From the NCBI GenBank assembly GCA_002633005.1, contig NMRA01000453.1:186001-250000 (forward strand): a stretch of 64,000 nucleotides of DNA. Direction: 5' to 3'. This document shows positions 58,301 through 64,000 of this stretch, piece by piece. A program made the position numbers and the translations under genes. The stretch comes from Phoronis australis. Lineage: Eukaryota > Animalia > Phoronida. The notes under the pieces are model-generated. The model was not told the DNA's origin and did not search any database. It worked only from the letters and a program-made list of their open reading frames with translations. Each line of letters opens with the position of its first letter. Position 1 is the first letter of the stretch.

Positions 58301-61300
58301 GTAACATTATAGTACACCTTTTTAACTCTACTTTATACCTTTGTTAAAACAGTGTGTTAACTCATCAAGTCTGGCTGCAAAAACACCTGCCTGATATTCC
58401 CATTGGCATGAATTCTGTGCTCAATCAATTTTGCTATTGATCCTTCAGCCAATCAAATTCAACCTCTCTCTTGGGTGTGTTTGTCGTGTATATATGGTAG
58501 AGAGGAACTAGCGAAACTGAATTTCTTGCCGGTTGGTAATTGCATTTTGCAATCACTGCAGCCTTTTGTAACATAGCATGGTCACACATTTACCTCTGAG
58601 TCAATGCTTGTTACGTTTAGAGAATATAATAATTTTGCTTTCATTCATAGCTTCAAAGTGAAATTTGATTCCCAGGGCTCAATAGGTGTATGTGAACAAT
58701 TATAAATGGGCGCAAAGTCAAGTGGTAAAATTGAACAGTACCTGCAAATACCGTTCAGTGATACATTCACGATTTATTCGCCCAAAATAAATGGGTCATG
58801 GACTCACATTCACGTAGAAACATGGCACATTTTTTATTTTTATTAAACTTGTTATTCGTTCTACAGTTTATTGGTGTCCAAAATCACTTTGTAACATCAA
58901 TTCTCAATTTTGACAGTAACTCCCGTTATCTTCTGCTTTCTTCTCAAATTGACATGGACCATTCAAACTCCTTAAAAAGACCCTCTGTTTCAAATCCCTT
59001 TCTGTGTAGTAATACTCACTATTCTGCACTACTTAACTGGGAAGCCATGTACTCGGCATGCTTTTTCGGTGTGAACCACGTTTGGCAGTCCGTGTGTCCT
59101 GTTTGTGAGTCCGTGACTATATATTATGGGTGAACGAATTGAGTTTTGAGTCAGTACGATCCCGTGTATGTATGTGAGCCAGTGAACGGTGTAGCAGTCT
59201 GTTCACCATGTAGTTTGGGGACCTTGTCACAGCCAAAACAAAAAAAATATTCTTTTTGTTTTAAATCAAAAAAGCAGTTGCTTCAAGTGCTATTTAAGCG
59301 GGTCAGAAGTAAAATCAAGCAGGTCGCGGCAACCTGTTCAAGCAGGTCACGGAGAACACTGAAATTATTTGCTATTCACGTGTAGTCAGGGTGAGTTAAA
59401 ATGTTATAGAATGCCTAACCTTTATTACATTCCTTAGTAGCTGTTTGCTATGCCTTTTCTGCTTGACAAAACTACTGTTTTTTTAAAGCTAACACTAAAC
59501 GCAGAGTTTGATTTTGTAACTTTAAATCAGAACATAGTTGTGGCCGGTGGGAGCATTTTTTCAAGTGCATTATGGGTAATAACGAGCTTTGGACTTGAGG
59601 GGAACTGAGAGTCGGTTAAAATATTGCTTTTGACTGGCGTGCGTTCAGTAACGCTAGGACAGGTCTATGCTGGGACGTAGCTAAAAGCTAGCCAAAGTCA
59701 CGTGTTATTTAAAATATACGGCAATCTCGAGAAGTCTTGCATTTTAGCGAGGCCCTAGAGTTACTGAATGGTAGGCGGGTCTTGAAGTTGCTTGCCACAG
59801 TGAGGGTTACCGTACTCGTCCGGGTTACCGCCCATGCCCGACTTACCGTCAACCCGGTTTTTTAGATTCCCAATTTAAGCGCTGGATGCACATAATTTGC
59901 AGCGTTCCCATGTATTTCAGAATCCTGTTGTGTGCAATGTAGAATTCAAGCAATAGTGCAGTCTTGAAAAAGCCCTCTTTGTCAGACAGCTGTGACTAAG
60001 ATGACATGTTTTCCTAATTGAATACACACTGTATCATAAAGCTGCAGTTATTGCCATTGGTTTAGAACAGTCAAGCTTGGAATAATATAATTGAATAAAC
60101 AAATCTTGAATTCATCAATAATTTTCCTAGTGTTAACTGGAATATTTAATGGAGCTCCCCCTTCAAATTTTCATACCATTGCAGAAACTTTTCAAAAGTG
60201 GAATTTTGCCTAAAAAATAATTTGTATTATTTCAGGCAATTTTCACATGGGAATACTACTGGCATATTGTGCTATTGTCAATATGCACCTCTTCATAACA
60301 TTCATGCCAGCATGTAAACCAACCCTGTTTTGTATCTGTGGCAACGGGGTCAGGCATTAAAACTATGTAATTCTTATATTAGGGCGTTACCGTAAACTCG
60401 CGGGTTAATGCCCTGGGCGCTTCCAATCCTTTAAAAGAAATTGATGGTAACTGTATGTGGACGAAAAGTGTCTACAGAGAAAATACTCGCGCAATGGGTC
60501 CCCTAAATCGAAATATCTCGATCAGTTACAAGCTGGTTACTGAGAAAAGAAGTCTCAACGAGGCCACCATTTGTCCTCGACTTCTGGCATTCTCCTGTCA
60601 ATCAAAATGTTGCTCCTCCTTGCCTGTATTGCTCCATTTGATCAACAATTACTATCTTGTAGATTAGACATTAAGGGTGTTCATTGTATTTTGTTACTCT
60701 TACCAGACATTACTTAGATTCAATAGACTGTTTTGTAAGTGTCTTCTGCCTTTGACATGGTAAACTCATTCTTACTAATAGTCTGCTTGAGATGCACAGA
60801 TATAGATGGAATGAGAGCAAACTGTTTGTTTAGGTTGACTCCTTGTTCTTGAGACTGAGAGACCTGACACCTTGTGGGCATTGAAATTAAGTTTTCCCAT
60901 TGTGGCGTAGCATCGGGCTTCACTGTTAAACTTGTCCACCTCTCTACTCCGGGGTTAGCTCACACTATTAACTTTGATTCAAGACCAGCGTTTGTGTTCC
61001 TAATGTAACACCGAAGCTTCCGAGCCTGTGGGAAATGCCTTTTAATCATGGACCTTTCTTTGCAACTATCATATATTTGTTAGTGACAACTCGTATTGTC
61101 TAGTTCATGAAAATTGGAACAAAAATTAATTTTGCTTGACAAACCTTGTTTCATGGTACAAGGTACTACATGTATTAAATGTTGCCATAATAATTATGTG
61201 CAAAAATGTCCACTTAAGTCGTGACATTGTGATAAAATGTATTAAAGAGGCTGCACTGGTTCTGTTTGAGTAGATAGATGAATGTCCATAAAGTTTACTC

Positions 61301-61844
61301 TTTCAAGGAGTTATCTCTTGAAAAAGGGCAAAATGAGCACTAAATCTAAAGTTATTTGTTAGAATAGGTCATGTAGTCTCTGTTGTTGAAGATATTATAC
61401 CATGTGAGGAGTCAATGGCTTTTGAATTTTGTATTGAATAGTCACTTATAACAGCCTTTTCTTGTCTGACAAAAGATTTTACATCATTAATAAAACATAC
61501 TTTTGACAAAATTCTATTAAGAAGATTGGACATCAACTGTTCCAAGTTTTATCTCCTGTAATTGTGAGCATCTAATTATTTTCCTGTTGATGAACATGAC
61601 CATGGCTGACAGTTATATTCTTGTTCCTTTTAGGGGGTCTCACAGGTGCTATTGAAATATGTATCACATTCCCGACGGAGTACGTCAAGACACAGCTGCA
61701 GTTAGACGAGCGTTCCGGGGCTACCAAACGGTTCAAGGGTCCCATCGACTGTGTCAAAGTTACTGTACGCGAGAAAGGTGTCCTTGGCTTGTACAGGGGT
61801 CTTAGTGTGCTAGTTTATGGATCAATACCCAAGTCAGCAGTTAG
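49306..61844 (+). CDS. SLC25A1: Mitochondrial citrate/tricarboxylate carrier, 5' part. Exons 49306-49432 and 61634-61844; the gene continues beyond the window
   Basis: [15 protein letters not shown]...[35 protein letters not shown]...[20 protein letters not shown]. Carrier signature [10 protein letters not shown] with the citrate-carrier [10 protein letters not shown] and GSIPKS motifs; phase-1 join across a 12.2-kb intron. Confidence 0.92.
50610..50856 (+). repeat. Arm of the 'TTCCTTCCAACTCGA' interspersed family
   Basis: CTATAGGAGCTTCATATGCCGG...ATTATGCCTC...GCGCATAGAGGGACACCTTAGGAG...TTCCTTCCAACTC...GATGACGTC. Confidence 0.75.
52262..53685 (+). repeat. Dispersed ~190-bp repeat (GTTAACTTCGGTCC...GAAGTTAAC): copies at ~52262-52457, 53201-53336 and 53487-53685
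   Basis: Shared CTAAC...GGTTARYTTCGGTCC...GAAGTTAACAG...GATTTAACAG...GGTCAACTTCGGTCCCATC. The last two copies are near-identical across the N at 53337. Confidence 0.7.
56545..56818. repeat. 29-bp minisatellite, ~9.5 copies
   Basis: GCTGCTAGCATGTGTAAARAGGCAYGCAT, period 29. Confidence 0.93.
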
Positions 61845-63689
61845 GTAAGTATTATTTTGCCCAAAATTATACCTCTGATCCTGTCAACCCATTTATCCAA
61901 AACACATCTTTTGGGATCCTTGAAAATATTCAGTTTTAAAAAACCTTTGAACTGTCTCATCTGAGGGTAAAGGTGCCTGTGCCGTCAAAGAGGGGATTTT
62001 TTCCAGTGAGGGGGAAATTAATCCTTCTGCGGTCGCTATGATGCAGTCTGCCCATTTAGTTTACAGACAGCAGAGACTTAATAACCCTGTTCACACCAAA
62101 GAGGTTATAACTTTTAAAACGGACTTGAAGGCTTGTCTGAACACTTTAAAACCGATTTTAAAAGTTGTAACTGTAGTGCAGTTGTAACGTCTGTGAGGTT
62201 AGTTTAGCGAGAGACTGTATCTAGATGTAAATGTGACAGTCACAAACGTTATAACTCAGTAGGTGGCGCTGCTGTCAAATCTTATTGGAAGCTGTGCACT
62301 GACTTGGTGGTGAATTAGAAAGTTGACAACACTGAGGACTATCAACTAAAACCAGCAACTAGAGTTATGTGAAGAGTAACGATTACATAACAGTTAAACT
62401 GTTGGAAGAGTTACAACCAAGTTTGGTTGGTCTGAGCTTACCACAATGTCTACATCAGTAATAAACCAATTTGTAACCTATTGAGGTAGAACAAATTGCT
62501 TAGATAAGCAAAGGACTATACCATGGCCAAATTTGACTGCCTAGATAGATAGATACAAAGCAATTTTGGGTTTGTTGCCCTAACCTTTACTTATTGTTTA
62601 AACTCTTGTTCCTGAACTATTGCAAGAATGGGAAATGCAAATTTTACAATTGATGAATTGAGTGCTTTTTTCTCTTCTTCAGAAATCTTTGTAAATGTAG
62701 AGTTAATTGAATTTTTATTTTGATATGAAACTGCTGTTTGTCAGAAATGTAACTAAGAGCAATTCTTTGATGATCAGAACTATACTTGTCATGCTGGTCT
62801 AGAAAAAGTGTATGGTACTGAACTGAATTTTGTATATTATGTATGAAAAGTATGAAATCTGTTGGAGAGTGAATTTTACAACAGATTGTTAGCGAGTTTG
62901 ATAAAATTCTTTTTAACTTTCAGTGTTGATCTAGATGATTTTTGATTCTTAGATTTTGCCATATTACCAAGTGAACAGTGCAATGATGCTGTTTGTATGA
63001 GAATACCAATGAATGGAGATGTGGAAAAAGAATTTTTTTGTTTTATACTATGAGCACATCTTAACAAAAACACAATAATTATCATCTATAGATGGTAAGT
63101 TTAATCACAAATTTGATATTTTTTTAGTTTTTTCAGTTCATTTCGATTTATCTTAGATTTTCAGGTAAGCCCAGTATGCCAAACCACACTAATCCTTTGA
63201 GATAAAGGAGTTATGTAACCGCTTCACTGTCCCGCTGTTTTGTTTTTGCTAGTTTGTAAAGCATGCAGAGTCCATTGATTATTGTTCACTTAAAGCAGAT
63301 CCAAAAATGAAACCTACCTATGACATACTGGAAAGACAGTCCACGGACAAGTCTCCGTTATGCCCAACTCGCAAGTGGTTTATCTTGTAATCACCAAAAG
63401 TATATATAATAGCTAGTTGCCCACCTTAACCCACTTCCCATTAACACCATGTCATTCCACCTGCCAGTTCTGTCAACTGCCTGCATTTTAGAACTACTTA
63501 CAATTACACAACGTGGACATCATCCTATCAACAAATCTACTCCCCCACCCACCCGGGCATTGCCTTCAATAGCCAAAACTAATATTATTTTAAAAGGATG
63601 TTTTGACTCAACAGAGAAGACACACACTTCTTAGGTAGACAGTAGCATCACTGTCCCAATCAGCCCCAAGCAGAGACGGTGGCCATCCC

Positions 63690-63778
63690 ATAGGCCCTCC
63701 ATATGTCGAAAGGTTTTCGCCAAATTATGCCTCACACTGATTAAACCATCAACATCACGTTGCTATAAGTACCATTGC
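63690..63778 (+). repeat. Partial arm of the 'TTCCTTCCAACTCGA' family
   Basis: TTTTCGCCAAATTATGCCTCACACTGATTAAA...TCACGTTGCTATAAGTAC matches 50635-50695. Confidence 0.65.
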
Positions 63779-64000
63779 GACACGGTCAAATTTGGCATTC
63801 AGTGTATTTCTCAAATTTCAGACAGCGACATTGGCCGTAATTGTCACATTTCGTATCGTGCGCTTTCTCGCATGATCAGTGATCGTGATTATTTACTCAT
63901 CATTTAAAACTGCCACCGGTGTAATGTATGGATCCATGTTGAAGTGTATCGTTATCGATATGTATGGTTTGTATATATCTCGCTTGTTTTCTTGGCAGTC

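Noticed and set aside
58440-58540. Alternative SLC25A1 promoter or first exon (CCAAT, TATATA, GT donors); a similar hint at ~59695-59775
   Set aside because: No ATG in the phase required by exon 2 (the ATG at 58494 stops after five codons; the one near 59768 is phase 0). The motifs alone are insufficient.

Overview
Eukaryotic (animal, probably marine invertebrate) draft-assembly window, AT-rich, with N gaps. Most of the supplied six-frame ORFs are spurious; the real genes are spliced. I rebuilt five genes by hand from GT-AG sites and reading-frame phase: TMEM17 (-, first two coding exons only), a SPAG5/Astrin-like coiled-coil gene (+, 15 coding exons, ~1163 aa), FBXO21 (+, 11 exons, ~617 aa), TEKT1/tektin-C (-, 5 coding exons, ~402 aa) and the mitochondrial citrate carrier SLC25A1 (+, first two exons). 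They form two tight head-to-head pairs, each joining a ciliary gene to a non-ciliary one. Introns hold non-autonomous DNA elements (Harbinger-, Tc1/mariner-, Kolobok- and Helentron/HINE-like), minisatellites and long palindromes. Most notable: (i) a 279-bp palindrome of two head-to-head tRNA-derived Pol III cassettes; (ii) HINE-like arrays with a same-orientation CTCF-like motif every ~145 bp; (iii) an apparently rewired Astrin, with the C-terminal RVxF absent, an N-terminal KHVRF beside an AKAP-like helix, and a 12-aa LC8/CDK-type repeat array; (iv) a perfect DR1 plus RFX X-boxes in the TEKT1/SLC25A1 promoter; (v) haplotype-overlap artefacts, two of which suggest polymorphic insertions. Family assignments come from recalled sequence similarity, not database searches.
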